A stretch of DNA of 64,000 nucleotides from a virus. A model generated the notes under the pieces. It saw only the letters and a program-made list of their open reading frames with translations. It ran no database searches and was not told the DNA's origin. The translations under genes were made by a program, and so were the position numbers. The DNA lies in the IMG/VR virus record IMGVR_UViG_3300020183_000015, positions 69,947 to 133,946 of that record. One strand, written 5' to 3'. Shown here piece after piece: positions 1 through 11,009 of this stretch (its first letter is position 1; each line of letters begins with the position of its first letter).

Positions 1-1866
1 TATACAAGAACAATTAAACCACAGGCAGAAGTTAACATTGAACAAAAAATAAAAGACGGAATATCAAAAAAAGTTTTAAGACATTTATTTTCTGAATGTG
101 ATTATTTTGAACTTATAAAAGAAAATAACCCTATGGTGTATGATACCATAAAAGAAAAAATAAAATACTTTAATCCTGCTTTCCACTCGATGACACCTGA
201 AGGTCTCAATTCAAGACTTACATTTTTACAACAATGTATGAGACCTGGTCAAACAATACCTGTTATAGGACCCGATGGTAGACCAAAATATAACGACGCT
301 TTAAATACGGCATTTGGTTCACCACCAATTTTGGTTTTAAGGGTTGGTGACTTCTATCATACTAAGATTGTACCAACAAATTTAGGTATACAGTATGAAC
401 CTCTAATATACGACATCAATCCCGAGGGTATAGGGGTACAACCGATGATTGCAAAAATCTCAATGGGTTTCAATATAATTGGAGGAATGGGTCTTAAAGA
501 ACCTGTTGAAGAATTACAAAATGCTTTATCATTTAATTTTTATGCAAATACAGAAATATACGACGAGAGAGCAACATCAACCGACAAACAAAGTGTTGAA
601 AAATTAGACAAATATGTTGTAAGTAAAATTGCTGCAAACCAACCTACAGTATCACCACCAGTGAACACACAACAACCAAAAAAAGGACAATCTACTATCG
701 GAACCTTAGGAGGTACCAATGATTCTAATTATCAGGTATTATTTACAGAGTTGGATGCCAATTTAAAATCATACATAAATGCATATTTTGATTACATGTC
801 AAGTGTACAACAACAAAATAATTTAGGTATTGTACAATTAGCAAACAAATCAGTAAACTATTCGAAGGGAAATTTGGCAAACCTTACCACACCAAAAGAA
901 GTAATAATCTATGGTAAACCAAGTAACCCCGAACAATTGGTAGGAGCTTTAATAAGTAATGTTTCAAAAGATGTAAAACAAAGAGAAGACCCAATTATGA
1001 AATCGTTGAAAAACAATACAAACGAATTTAAAAATAAAGTACTTAGAGAGATAGAGGAAAAATTAATAATTCAAGTAGAAAAAAGAAGTGGTGAAATATC
1101 AAATTCTGTTAATCTTCTAATAAACACGTTTGTAACAAATCAACAGAACCTCAACTACACTTTTAGAAAAATGGACTTAGTATGTAATAAGTTAGATGGA
1201 GTATTGGTTGACACTAATAATCCTGTTATTTACGACTTGAGTGGTGATACTTTCTTTGGGGATGCTGTTAATAAAGAAAGTATAAATTATCTTTATTTGG
1301 GTGATTTTGTTCCCGAAGCTCAAATTGCAAGTTGTTATACAATACTTAAAAAATTTGACGATTGGGCAAAAATGAAATTGAATAGACCTGACACATTTAA
1401 CGATTCTCTTACAACATTAAATTGGGATGGGTTATTAACCGATGTTGGTGGAAGTTCTAGTGAACCATCATTTACAAACGTTGAGGACGATAGATTTTAT
1501 TTAGCAATGTCATCTATTTTAACAGACAAAACAAAAAAAGAAACCTTTCTAACCGAACTTTCAAACGGAGAAGAAGTTAAAAAAGAACCAAAGGTTTTGG
1601 TTGCCTTGACCAACGTTGTAAATACTTTGAGTACTAGATACACTGAGATTTTTGAAAAAGAAAAGAAATATTTTGATGATCTTAAAACATCTCAAGATTT
1701 CAAAACCTTAACTGAGTATACACTACCAGTTATACCAAACGTTGCTAAATGGACATCACCACCAACTGTAGACGTTGAACAGAAAAAAGTTAAAATTAAA
1801 GATCTATATGCAAATCAAAATTTGAATACGGACACAACATTTAATGGTAAAGTTACATTTTTATAA
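1..1866 (+). CDS. 5'-truncated tail/baseplate structural protein (possible tail tube initiator-like)
   Basis: The frame is open from base 1 (YTRTIKPQ...ENNPM), so the gene begins upstream of the window. The motif FNPAFHS...RLTFLQQC...PILVLRVGDFYHTKIV and its position before LysM/gp53-like and hub genes suggest a tail role. Confidence 0.5.
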   Translation, partial: YTRTIKPQAEVNIEQKIKDGISKKVLRHLFSECDYFELIKENNPMVYDTIKEKIKYFNPAFHSMTPEGLNSRLTFLQQCMRPGQTIPVIGPDGRPKYNDALNTAFGSPPILVLRVGDFYHTKIVPTNLGIQYEPLIYDINPEGIGVQPMIAKISMGFNIIGGMGLKEPVEELQNALSFNFYANTEIYDERATSTDKQSVEKLDKYVVSKIAANQPTVSPPVNTQQPKKGQSTIGTLGGTNDSNYQVLFTELDANLKSYINAYFDYMSSVQQQNNLGIVQLANKSVNYSKGNLANLTTPKEVIIYGKPSNPEQLVGALISNVSKDVKQREDPIMKSLKNNTNEFKNKVLREIEEKLIIQVEKRSGEISNSVNLLINTFVTNQQNLNYTFRKMDLVCNKLDGVLVDTNNPVIYDLSGDTFFGDAVNKESINYLYLGDFVPEAQIASCYTILKKFDDWAKMKLNRPDTFNDSLTTLNWDGLLTDVGGSSSEPSFTNVEDDRFYLAMSSILTDKTKKETFLTELSNGEEVKKEPKVLVALTNVVNTLSTRYTEIFEKEKKYFDDLKTSQDFKTLTEYTLPVIPNVAKWTSPPTVDVEQKKVKIKDLYANQNLNTDTTFNGKVTFL

Positions 1867-1868
1867 AC

Positions 1869-2192
1869 ATGATATATCAATATACAAATAGGTACTCAGA
1901 TTTTCTAATCAATGGACAACAAACTGTTGTTCCGTTCATACCATTACAAAGTAAAAGTAGTGACATGAATCATATCTATATTGTTGGCCAATCAAGATTA
2001 GATAAAATATCACAACAATATTATAACAGTCCTTTTTTTGGGTGGTTGATAATGCAAGGTAATCCACAATATAGTGGATTGGAACAAAACATTCCTGATG
2101 GTGCAATATTGACAATACCATATCCTTTGATAGCTTCATTACAGGACTATAAAAATGGTTTAGATAACTATTTCTTTTATTATGGTAGATAG
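1869..2192 (+). CDS. LysM/gp53-like baseplate wedge protein
   Basis: RLDKISQQYYNSPFFGWLIMQGNP...IPDGAILTIP matches the LysM-like pattern of gp53/tail X proteins. Confidence 0.7.
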   Translation: MIYQYTNRYSDFLINGQQTVVPFIPLQSKSSDMNHIYIVGQSRLDKISQQYYNSPFFGWLIMQGNPQYSGLEQNIPDGAILTIPYPLIASLQDYKNGLDNYFFYYGR

Positions 2193-5100
2193 TAATGAAA
2201 ATATTTTAGTAGAGTTTGATTATGATAACATAACGATAATTGACCCAAACAAAGTTGTTGACAATTTGGGAAACGTTAATGAAAGATTAGTTAAACAAGA
2301 AAACTTAGTTTACTACGCTAATTTAGAGTGTAGTGTTTTACCTAGAACAAAATTGGCGGTTGGTAGTTCTTTTGGTGATAACCAAAGAACAATATCCGTT
2401 GGAAAAATTAATTTTTTAAATCCAGGGTTCAAAGACTTTTTGGATACAAGATGGTCCAATGAATTAACAGGAAAAGATACTATACAAGGTAGAGGACAAA
2501 ATCAACCAAGAATTACTGCGGTCAAAGAATCTGATAAGTCACCTGAGTATTACTACACACAAAGAACTTACTCTGATGGAAAACCTGGGGCAACCGACAA
2601 CGGACTTTTAGGTATGAAAGACATCAATATGAGTATGGGTCAAGATTTTCTACCTGTGGTTGAAATAACTTTAGAGGACGTAAAAGGAAGAGCCCTTTTC
2701 GAATCAGGAAATAACTCTCCTTACGCCGCCTTCTTCCAACTACCATACCCTTTATTTACTTTAACAATGAAGGGATATTTTGGAAAGGCGGTAAAGTATC
2801 CTTTGATGTTGAAATCTTTTACTTCGAATTTTGATCCGTCGTCACATAATTTTATTATAAGACTGAAATTCTTTGGTTACAAGTATACTTTATTGTCTGC
2901 TGTTAATTTTGGTTCTTTAACAGCGGTTCCACACATGTATAAAAATTTGGTGACAATACCCGCAAAAATTAACGAAACAAATCAAACTGCGAAAAACACA
3001 AACCAAACTTCATTTCTGAGTAGTAAAGGTTATGAAAAAATGAGGGAAATATATTCAGATTATAAATCAAAAGGAATGATTGCTGAAGATTTTCCTGAAC
3101 TGACATTAAATCAATTGAGATATCGTTTAGATGAATTTATCAAAAAAGTTTTGTCGGAGTTTACAAAAGAAAACTTGGGAGTACTAACAGAAATAAATAA
3201 TTATCTAAATTCGTTGTTGAATTACCAACAAGTTATTTATACGTACACCACAACATCATGGTTCAACCAATTTATGGATGTTAAAGAACCTTTTGTTCTT
3301 ACCAACGGTGAAAAAATGTATCAATTCAAACCAACATTAACACCTGAAAACAAAGACAAATGGTTTTCAGAGTTGACAGGTAGAATACAAAAATATAACA
3401 CACAATTGAATACTAATAGTGTTTTTGGAAAAACTCCTGGAACTTACAGCGTTGGTGGTACAATATACCCAAGTAGAATAGAGTTCTCAATCAAAGACAC
3501 GACTTTTATTAGAAAGATAAATCCCGAAACGGATATTGATTGGGAAAAAACATATAGATTAAAAAACCCAACCCAAAGTGTCTTTGGTAATTTATATCCT
3601 GAAAAAGTAAGAGCATTTAAAACTAGTAAACTTGCCGAAATTGAACTATTGAAAGGTAACTTGTTTTATTTTGAAGGACCTGGTTCTTTCATGTACATTA
3701 CAACCAAAATGGGTAAACAAGTAGAAAGTTTTAAAAGAGAAATAGAAACAAGAATAACAGAAAACCTACGTTCACAATTTAATAATAAACAATATGGTTT
3801 AGGATTTATTCCTACCGTAAGAAATATATTGGCAGTTTTCTTTTGTCAAGGAGAGGCGTTTTTAAGATTGATGGATGAAGTTCACACCAAAGCTTGGGAC
3901 GTAAGACAAGAACCTTATAGAAAACAAGCAATTTTTGGAAACGCATCTACCGCCCCGAGTGTTGATATCAAAACCTCAACACAAAACGATGAACCAATAT
4001 ATCCTTGGCCGCAAGTCATTAGAGAAATCACCGAAGATGATAATAAAGAAAAATTTGAAATTGTTTATCCCGGAGCTCCAGATGTTGCATTTTTATACAG
4101 GTCGTATCTTCCTGAAATTTGGCCTGAAGTACAGTTTGTTGAAGAGTTTATAAAAGGATATACTCACCGTGATGACGACTTCAAAGAGTTGAGCGATAAT
4201 CAAACAAATTTATTAAACAAACCAAGAAGAGTATCTCTTAATTCAATAGATTTCCCAACATCAAATCAAATATTTCAGAACAAACAACAAGTCAAATACA
4301 TGTATGAAATATATGAAAGAGTAATTCTTAACGCATACTACAGCAAATTAAATAGACAAAGTGGATATCCTTTCAGTGTTTACAACGTTGAGGCGGAAAA
4401 TGAAACGTTGAATATTTTAGAAAGTCTAAGTTCCTCAAGTCCATACATGTCAAAAATATTAAAAGAATATAATATAGATCAAACCAACTTTGAAATATTC
4501 TTAAGACACATATCTAACGAAGGACAAGGGGAGAGTTGGCAAGATTTTATTAGAGGAATTTTTGTTACACCATACATTAGAAATGAAGTTGAAAACCCAA
4601 GTAGACTATTCAATCAAGACATTTTAGTCAACACAAAATCACAACCTGATATTGAGTTAACAATTGAAACAAACAAAATAAACATTGAAAAGTATATTGC
4701 CGACTCAAGTGCTAGTAACGTCTTTGACTTTACAGACATTTATCCTTTATTGGATTTAAATTGGGATAAAAGTAATTTGGCGAATGGAGATACATTAAAT
4801 GCTGCTGAAGAGGCTTTTGATACACAAAAAGTTTTGGAATACAATGACAACCAAAAAACTATTGCAAGCTTTGAAGCCGGAGAAGACCAAACAATCAAAA
4901 GACCAATATCTAACTTCAATTATTTCAATTTAACTGACGTACTACAACCTGTTAATTTCTCATTGTTTTATACGTCAAGAACTATTCCAAAACAATTAAC
5001 CACTGAAGGTAACTTAAAGTATACAAACTACAATGGATATTTAGAACCCAATCAAACAATATCAATGTTAAACACACCGTATTTTATAAATGCAATTCAA

Positions 5101-8100
5101 GACGGGGTTTTTAAATTTAGGTTCAGATCGGGAGAAACAAGTCCATATAAGTCTGCCGCGTATTTGTTTTTGGATAGTTTACCATTGGCAACAACTAAAG
5201 AAAAATTTAAGACATATGGAGAAGGTGGGGCTAGTGTTGATTTAAATTATATTTTGGCAACACTAAAAAAGTTTGGGGCAATTCATAAATTACCATACGC
5301 TTGGGTTTTAAAGTATGGTGGTATTTGGCATAGATATAAAACATGGAAAGATACTGGAATTGACTTTTTGGATGATGTATGGAAGGACTTTAATGCGGTT
5401 AGAAACTTTGACCCAATCAATTCGGCAACAACTTACAACTACCCACTTACGGTCGGTAACAATTTATACAATATTGTTTTAGACCAAACAACAAATACCC
5501 CAACACCAAACACAAACATGAACGTTGGGTTTTACCCTCAATTAATTGACGACTTTAATGTATTTTTACAAGGGACAAAATTACTCACAGGGTCAAGTTT
5601 AGTACAAGGTGTTTGTTCAATAAGCGGTTCTGTGATGAATGTATCTACTGTAAGTAGTAATAATTTATTCATTGGTGCAATTATAACTGGTTTGGGTATA
5701 CTACCAAACACAACAATTTTGAGTCAGATAGCAGGAACTACAGGTGGTATAGGTCAATATGTTGTTTCATTATCACAAAGTGCTTCGACCACACCATTTA
5801 CAGTACAAAATTTAATTGTTAATGGACCGAGTTCCGTAGACATACAACAGTTGATAAATGATGATATTTTACTTCTATTTAATAATAGTACCGCAAACAT
5901 AGAAGGATCCATTGGATTTGACCCTAACAATTTGACCAGAACTTTAACACTAAGAACTTGGTCAGTTTTAGTCAAATCACAAAAAACCGATAACTATTTT
6001 GTATTCCCATCATTTGGTTATGATCAGAACCAAACGTATTCTGAATGTTTCAAAAACGGGTCTATGAGAATTGAATTATCACAAAACCCCGCAGTCTTCA
6101 ATGGGTCGGTAAGATTATTTTGGAATGCACCAACTTACGGATATTACAACAACTCTTTTGTCGTTAAAAACAATCCTGACACGTATTTAAAAAACATATT
6201 GAACAACTCGAACACCCAACAAAATTTCTTGATCTCAGGACAAAAAAGTGATTATTCTTATTTGGACGATATGTTTAGCGCTTTTGATAAGAATGTTTTA
6301 GATTTGTTTGAACTTCAATTTCTGAACTTCAGTAAATCAATTTATGATTATACCGACTTGATTCCACCAACATTACAAAATAATTTGGCGGATCTTTCTC
6401 AACCAAACTTACAAAATCTAAGTAGTACTGAAACTCCAAGCGAACAATATTATAAAAACTTCCAAGGGTTGATGAGAGAATTGTTAAAGATAAGAAATCC
6501 AATAAAAACTTCTCCAAAGGAAACACTCAATGATGTAATATCAGCACAAAACCAAGTTTTCCAAACCGTACTAAAAAACTTTTTAGAATACGATGTTGTT
6601 TTTAAATACGGAAACCCTTCAGGATTTGACAGAAAAACATTTTTCACTTTTTCGACTCAATTTATTGAGGAACCTATAGTGTTGGATCAATACATAAAAG
6701 GTAATCTACCTGGTGACGGAACCGTTCCGAACTTATCTTTGGCAAATTCAAAAACACAAAATCCTGATGTTTGGAAAGCTCTTGAAACATATGTAGGTTT
6801 TTCTAAAATACCACAGTTAGAATATACAAATAGTGGGTCTTATATTACTGATTTCTTTATTGATATGAATGTTGGATTTAACGAAAAAAATGTTAAAGAT
6901 TTTGCACCAATTATTAAAATATTTGCCACTCAAAAACTTTTGGACCCAAACATAGATATAACATCTTTTTATTCGGGTATGGATAATTACCTATTGGCAT
7001 CAAAAGAATATCTTAATAATGTCATAAGTGTTTTAATGCCAACAGTCAGAAATACTTTACCAACAGTAATCATCAGTCCACAAGAAGGTTCGGTACGTGC
7101 AGACTTAGAAGCAGGTTTTACAGAACAGACAAGAACTGAATTGTGGGAAATGTTCAAGGCTTTGAACGACACATGGATTTCTGGTTACGACTTTTCGAAC
7201 AAAACATTGTTTGAAGATGTTCTTTTAATGGACAGAGCCTCAAGAGATATTGGAGACAAAATATTAGTAGACATATTTGAGGTTAAAGAATTGATTGAAG
7301 ACGGGGCTTATAAAAACACTCTTTTAGGTATGATAGAAACTATACTTAAGAACAATAATTTTGTAACATACATGTTACCTTCTTATATTAATTTTTATAA
7401 TGTACAGGACGCACAACTTAACCCAACACCGAGATTTGAAGGTACCACTGAATTTGCAAGAAATTTGTTTGGTACATATCTAAATGTGGATTACCGAGAC
7501 AGTTCACCAAAATACGTTTGTGTTTACGCTAACAAACCAAGTGAACATTTGGCGATGAATGAAAATGTTGATTATAGATATAGAGATGACGCTTTTGATC
7601 TAAGAAGGGCTAGTGACAACCCATTAGTTGAGAGTCAAGAAAATAAAACAGATTGGGCCAGATCGAATAAACTTGTTGGGTTTAATGTCGACATGACACT
7701 ACAAAACCAACAAATATTTAAACAATTTGACGTGGCTCAAGATCCTGGAAAACCAACGTCTGAATCATTGGAAGTTTTGAACCAATTGGCCAATCTTTCT
7801 AAAAATAGAAGAAGCTCAACACAAAACGTTTCATTATACAATCTATACAAAAATAGAAGTTACAGATGTTCCGTTGATATGATGGGAAATGCGTTGATAC
7901 AACCAACAATGTATTTTAATGTTAGAAACATACCGATGTTTTCGGGTCCTTACATGATAACAACTGTGAGACATAGAATTAGTGAAAATGGATTTGATAC
8001 ATTCTTCGAAGGAATTAGACAACCTTTTTATTCTTTACCTAAGATAGATAATTTTATACAGTCACTCAATCAAAACATATTGAAAAGTATACAACAAACC

Positions 8101-8763
8101 ATACAACAAAATGAAACAAAAAAATTATCAGATCCAGCAACCATAGAACAAGAAAAGGCAAATGTGTTGTCAAACGTTGTTGCAGAAGACAAATTAACAT
8201 CAAATCAAGATTGTAATTCGGAAATTAACCCGAAATATCTTGGATTTACGCAAACCGAATTTCCTGCAGTGACAAGAACTACATTCAAACAAATGCAAAC
8301 AAGTATAGGTACATTCTTAGTTAGTAAAAACTATACGGGTGACAGTCTTAAACAATACACTAGTTTATTATTTTCTTTCCTATATGTTGATTCATCCACA
8401 AACACAGGATTTGAGACTTATGAAAATAACTATAGTACTATAGATTTAAGACAATACTTCACAAACTACTCCAACTATTTCAACAAAAAATATTATTGTA
8501 TAAACAGAGGTCAAAATGTTAACTTTCCAATAGTTAGTTTCATCGATTTGAATTCGTTTATTGATTTTGCTTTTAATAAAGTTAGTGGATTGATACAAAA
8601 TACAACTCCGTCAAGTACACTAGCCGAATATTTTGCAGAACTTTATGTGACAAAATACCCTGTACCAAGAGATCCAAAAGTTTGGACTGAAATGACTAAT
8701 GAAGATAAAGCGATACTTGTTGCGAAATTTAATGATGCGATTAGAGTTTACAGATCATTATAA
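2182..8763 (+). CDS. Very large baseplate hub-like protein (gp27/GpD-type signature near C-terminus)
   Basis: 2193 aa. SYRCSVDMMGNALIQPTMYF...SGPYMITTVRHRISENGFDTFFEG resembles the hub C-terminal strands. Follows the LysM-like gene. Confidence 0.55.
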   Translation: MVDSNENILVEFDYDNITIIDPNKVVDNLGNVNERLVKQENLVYYANLECSVLPRTKLAVGSSFGDNQRTISVGKINFLNPGFKDFLDTRWSNELTGKDTIQGRGQNQPRITAVKESDKSPEYYYTQRTYSDGKPGATDNGLLGMKDINMSMGQDFLPVVEITLEDVKGRALFESGNNSPYAAFFQLPYPLFTLTMKGYFGKAVKYPLMLKSFTSNFDPSSHNFIIRLKFFGYKYTLLSAVNFGSLTAVPHMYKNLVTIPAKINETNQTAKNTNQTSFLSSKGYEKMREIYSDYKSKGMIAEDFPELTLNQLRYRLDEFIKKVLSEFTKENLGVLTEINNYLNSLLNYQQVIYTYTTTSWFNQFMDVKEPFVLTNGEKMYQFKPTLTPENKDKWFSELTGRIQKYNTQLNTNSVFGKTPGTYSVGGTIYPSRIEFSIKDTTFIRKINPETDIDWEKTYRLKNPTQSVFGNLYPEKVRAFKTSKLAEIELLKGNLFYFEGPGSFMYITTKMGKQVESFKREIETRITENLRSQFNNKQYGLGFIPTVRNILAVFFCQGEAFLRLMDEVHTKAWDVRQEPYRKQAIFGNASTAPSVDIKTSTQNDEPIYPWPQVIREITEDDNKEKFEIVYPGAPDVAFLYRSYLPEIWPEVQFVEEFIKGYTHRDDDFKELSDNQTNLLNKPRRVSLNSIDFPTSNQIFQNKQQVKYMYEIYERVILNAYYSKLNRQSGYPFSVYNVEAENETLNILESLSSSSPYMSKILKEYNIDQTNFEIFLRHISNEGQGESWQDFIRGIFVTPYIRNEVENPSRLFNQDILVNTKSQPDIELTIETNKINIEKYIADSSASNVFDFTDIYPLLDLNWDKSNLANGDTLNAAEEAFDTQKVLEYNDNQKTIASFEAGEDQTIKRPISNFNYFNLTDVLQPVNFSLFYTSRTIPKQLTTEGNLKYTNYNGYLEPNQTISMLNTPYFINAIQDGVFKFRFRSGETSPYKSAAYLFLDSLPLATTKEKFKTYGEGGASVDLNYILATLKKFGAIHKLPYAWVLKYGGIWHRYKTWKDTGIDFLDDVWKDFNAVRNFDPINSATTYNYPLTVGNNLYNIVLDQTTNTPTPNTNMNVGFYPQLIDDFNVFLQGTKLLTGSSLVQGVCSISGSVMNVSTVSSNNLFIGAIITGLGILPNTTILSQIAGTTGGIGQYVVSLSQSASTTPFTVQNLIVNGPSSVDIQQLINDDILLLFNNSTANIEGSIGFDPNNLTRTLTLRTWSVLVKSQKTDNYFVFPSFGYDQNQTYSECFKNGSMRIELSQNPAVFNGSVRLFWNAPTYGYYNNSFVVKNNPDTYLKNILNNSNTQQNFLISGQKSDYSYLDDMFSAFDKNVLDLFELQFLNFSKSIYDYTDLIPPTLQNNLADLSQPNLQNLSSTETPSEQYYKNFQGLMRELLKIRNPIKTSPKETLNDVISAQNQVFQTVLKNFLEYDVVFKYGNPSGFDRKTFFTFSTQFIEEPIVLDQYIKGNLPGDGTVPNLSLANSKTQNPDVWKALETYVGFSKIPQLEYTNSGSYITDFFIDMNVGFNEKNVKDFAPIIKIFATQKLLDPNIDITSFYSGMDNYLLASKEYLNNVISVLMPTVRNTLPTVIISPQEGSVRADLEAGFTEQTRTELWEMFKALNDTWISGYDFSNKTLFEDVLLMDRASRDIGDKILVDIFEVKELIEDGAYKNTLLGMIETILKNNNFVTYMLPSYINFYNVQDAQLNPTPRFEGTTEFARNLFGTYLNVDYRDSSPKYVCVYANKPSEHLAMNENVDYRYRDDAFDLRRASDNPLVESQENKTDWARSNKLVGFNVDMTLQNQQIFKQFDVAQDPGKPTSESLEVLNQLANLSKNRRSSTQNVSLYNLYKNRSYRCSVDMMGNALIQPTMYFNVRNIPMFSGPYMITTVRHRISENGFDTFFEGIRQPFYSLPKIDNFIQSLNQNILKSIQQTIQQNETKKLSDPATIEQEKANVLSNVVAEDKLTSNQDCNSEINPKYLGFTQTEFPAVTRTTFKQMQTSIGTFLVSKNYTGDSLKQYTSLLFSFLYVDSSTNTGFETYENNYSTIDLRQYFTNYSNYFNKKYYCINRGQNVNFPIVSFIDLNSFIDFAFNKVSGLIQNTTPSSTLAEYFAELYVTKYPVPRDPKVWTEMTNEDKAILVAKFNDAIRVYRSL

Positions 8764-8795
8764 ATGTGAAATGAAACTTTTTTTACAAAACTTTA

Positions 8796-8802
8796 TATTT
8801 AT
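8796..8802 (+). promoter_or_regulatory. TATTTAT motif, putative late promoter
   Basis: The same 7-mer lies 5-30 nt upstream of starts at 13510, 17052, 17874, 20241, 29929, 37347, 39439, 54950 and 59085, and on the minus strand at 45920, 62846 and 63987. Confidence 0.55.
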
Positions 8803-8819
8803 TATAAAAACAACACAAG

Positions 8820-9044
8820 ATGAATGTAAAACTTATATTAGATAATTATTTGGGTAAAAACACCCGAGTAAGTGAAAAAGACAAAGGAAACGGATATAAA
8901 GAAGTCTGTGATTTGGACACTGGAGATTGTTACACAGTTAGAATGAAAGATGGGTTGATTGAAAGAGTAGACAATACCATGAAAACCTTCAGAAAAATTC
9001 AAGTAGAAACCAACAATGGTATAAAAACATTATTAAACGGGTAA
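8820..9044 (+). CDS. Hypothetical protein
   Basis: 74-aa ORF with an A-rich leader and TATTTAT upstream; abuts the next gene. Confidence 0.75.
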   Translation: MNVKLILDNYLGKNTRVSEKDKGNGYKEVCDLDTGDCYTVRMKDGLIERVDNTMKTFRKIQVETNNGIKTLLNG

Positions 9045-9045
9045 A

Positions 9046-9735
9046 ATGGCAATTGATAAGAAAATTCTCCAAGAGATACAACGATATAGATCCATTACAA
9101 ATTATATCAACGAACAAGGTGTTGAAGCTTTAGCCCCACCACCAGCACCAGACGACGCCGCTGGAGCAATACTACCGGCAGGTGATGCGGCAACGGGAGC
9201 ACCACCGGCAGAAGGGGCATTACCACCGCCACCTGTACCACCATCTACAGGAGACACTCCCGAAATAGTTGATGTATCACAAGACGATGAAGTTGAAGAA
9301 ATTGGTGCGGAGGGAAAAGAAGGTGATGAAGAAGTTGAAGAGGTAGATATTACCGATTTAATCGATACTCAAAAATCTATGTCAGATAAACAAGAAGAGT
9401 ACTTCAACAACCTATTTAGTCAATTAGAAACTCTACAAAGTAAACTTGGAGAAATGGATCAATTAGTTCAAAAATTAGACTCGCTTGAGGCCAAAGTTGA
9501 AAAATACAAACCCAAGACTCCCGAAGAAAAACTTGAACTCAGAACTCTAGACTCTGGACCATTCAAACAAAAACTTTCAGACTTTTTTGATGATAAAAAA
9601 ATTGAGATGGAAAAATCAGGTAAAAATGAATACGTTTTAACTTCTGATGAGATTGATAACTATAGTCCTTCTGAAGTAGCGAAATCTTTTGACAAAGGTA
9701 TAGAACCTTTTGACCCTGAAATATATTATAAATAA
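9046..9735 (+). CDS. Acidic Pro-rich/coiled-coil protein, possibly a head/scaffold component
   Basis: N-terminal ...YINEQ, a Pro/Ala-rich linker, an acidic run and a coiled coil. Confidence 0.45.
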   Translation: MAIDKKILQEIQRYRSITNYINEQGVEALAPPPAPDDAAGAILPAGDAATGAPPAEGALPPPPVPPSTGDTPEIVDVSQDDEVEEIGAEGKEGDEEVEEVDITDLIDTQKSMSDKQEEYFNNLFSQLETLQSKLGEMDQLVQKLDSLEAKVEKYKPKTPEEKLELRTLDSGPFKQKLSDFFDDKKIEMEKSGKNEYVLTSDEIDNYSPSEVAKSFDKGIEPFDPEIYYK

Positions 9736-9737
9736 TG

Positions 9738-9771
9738 ATTAAGGTCGATTAATTCAACCTTGATTTTTTTT
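9738..9771 (+). terminator. Rho-independent terminator
   Basis: Imperfect stem ATTAAGGTCGA / TCAACCTTGAT followed by a T run, just after the stop codon. Confidence 0.6.
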
Positions 9772-9782
9772 GGCGACACTAT

Positions 9783-9811
9783 TTGACTATAACTTTTTAT
9801 ACACTTATAAT
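9783..9811 (+). promoter_or_regulatory. sigma70-type promoter TTGACT-N17-TATAAT
   Basis: Near-consensus -35/-10 with a 17-nt spacer, upstream of the SSB gene. Confidence 0.75.
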
Positions 9812-9842
9812 TTTAACATAAACCTTTAATTTTTATTTACAC

Positions 9843-10715
9843 ATGGCGACAAATTCATTAGACGCAGTACTTGCACAGTACGAAAAATCAACTCAGAACA
9901 GCGCTTCGAGCGGTTCTAAAATGTCTCAAGAAGACCGAATGAAAAAATATTTCGCGGCTCTTTTGAAAGACAATGAAAAACAAGGACAGAGACGAGTACG
10001 TATTCTTCCTACAACTGACGGATCTTCACCGTTCAAAGAAGTATGGTTCCACGAAATCCTTGTGGACGGTAAATACCAAAAATTTTACGATCCAGGAAAA
10101 AATGACAATGAGCGTTCACCCTTGAATGAAGTTTATGAAGAACTTATGTCAACGGGTAAAGAGGCGGATAAAGAACTTGCAAAACAATACAAAGCTCGTA
10201 AGTTTTATATTGTTAAAGTGGTTGACCGTGACAACGAACAAGACGGAGTTAAATTCTGGCGTTTTAAACACAATTACAAACAAGAAGGGATCCTTGATAA
10301 AATTATTCCAATTTGGAAAGCAAAAGGTGACATCACAGATCCTGACACAGGACGCGATTTGATTCTTGAACTTACCAAAGCAAAAACTCCAAAAGGGGCT
10401 TTTTACACCGTAATTCAAACTGTGATGTATGATGATCCAGCGGCAATTTCTAAAGACAATGATCAGATGTCTGAATGGGTTTCTGATGAATTGACTTGGG
10501 AGGACGTATATTCTAAAAAACCTGTCGAGTATCTTGAAGCGATAGCAAGAGGAGAAACTCCACGTTGGGACTCAGAAAAAGGTGGTTACGTTTATCCAAA
10601 CGATGAAACATCTGAAGTTTCTATGGGTGGTTCCACAAAGGCACAACCAAAATCAATTAATGAAGTTGATGATCCTCAAGTAAATGATGAGGTAGAAGAA
10701 GAATTACCATTCTAA
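9843..10715 (+). CDS. T4 gp32-like single-stranded DNA-binding protein
   Basis: RVRILP...PFKEVWFH, VVDRDNEQDGVKFW, DITDPDTGRDL, and an acidic C-terminal tail ending EELPF. Confidence 0.85.
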   Translation: MATNSLDAVLAQYEKSTQNSASSGSKMSQEDRMKKYFAALLKDNEKQGQRRVRILPTTDGSSPFKEVWFHEILVDGKYQKFYDPGKNDNERSPLNEVYEELMSTGKEADKELAKQYKARKFYIVKVVDRDNEQDGVKFWRFKHNYKQEGILDKIIPIWKAKGDITDPDTGRDLILELTKAKTPKGAFYTVIQTVMYDDPAAISKDNDQMSEWVSDELTWEDVYSKKPVEYLEAIARGETPRWDSEKGGYVYPNDETSEVSMGGSTKAQPKSINEVDDPQVNDEVEEELPF

Positions 10716-10733
10716 TTTATTAAAAAAATTATG

Positions 10734-10764
10734 ACGGGAGCAGTTTATTGTTCCCGTTTTTTTA
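10734..10764 (+). terminator. Rho-independent terminator
   Basis: Stem ACGGGAGCA / TGTTCCCGT followed by a T run. Confidence 0.8.
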
Positions 10765-10787
10765 TTTATATTTTTAAAAAACAAATT

Positions 10788-11009
10788 ATGAACCCTTTCA
10801 TGGTAGAAAAATTACAAGAAGCCCTTGTAAAAAAATATGAGGCAGAAATTGCAGATGCAGAAGCAAGACTTTATGTTTATTTCACAAATCCTGTTGGTAT
10901 TGGAGAACATCCACAACACACAGAAGAAATGGACAAATTAGTCGAACAACTCACCGATGCAAAAGACAAATTAAAAACAATTACAAACTTTAAAATTTAC
11001 GGACTATAA
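10788..11009 (+). CDS. Small conserved phage protein (GIGEH motif)
   Basis: YFTNPVGIGEHPQHTEEMDK coiled hairpin. Start moved to ATG 10788 because the ORF-track start overlaps the terminator. Confidence 0.7.
   Translation: MNPFMVEKLQEALVKKYEAEIADAEARLYVYFTNPVGIGEHPQHTEEMDKLVEQLTDAKDKLKTITNFKIYGL

Noticed and set aside
10731-10787. ORF-track N-terminal extension MTGAVYCSRFF
   Set aside because: It overlaps the terminator hairpin; ATG 10788 with an A-rich leader is more plausible.
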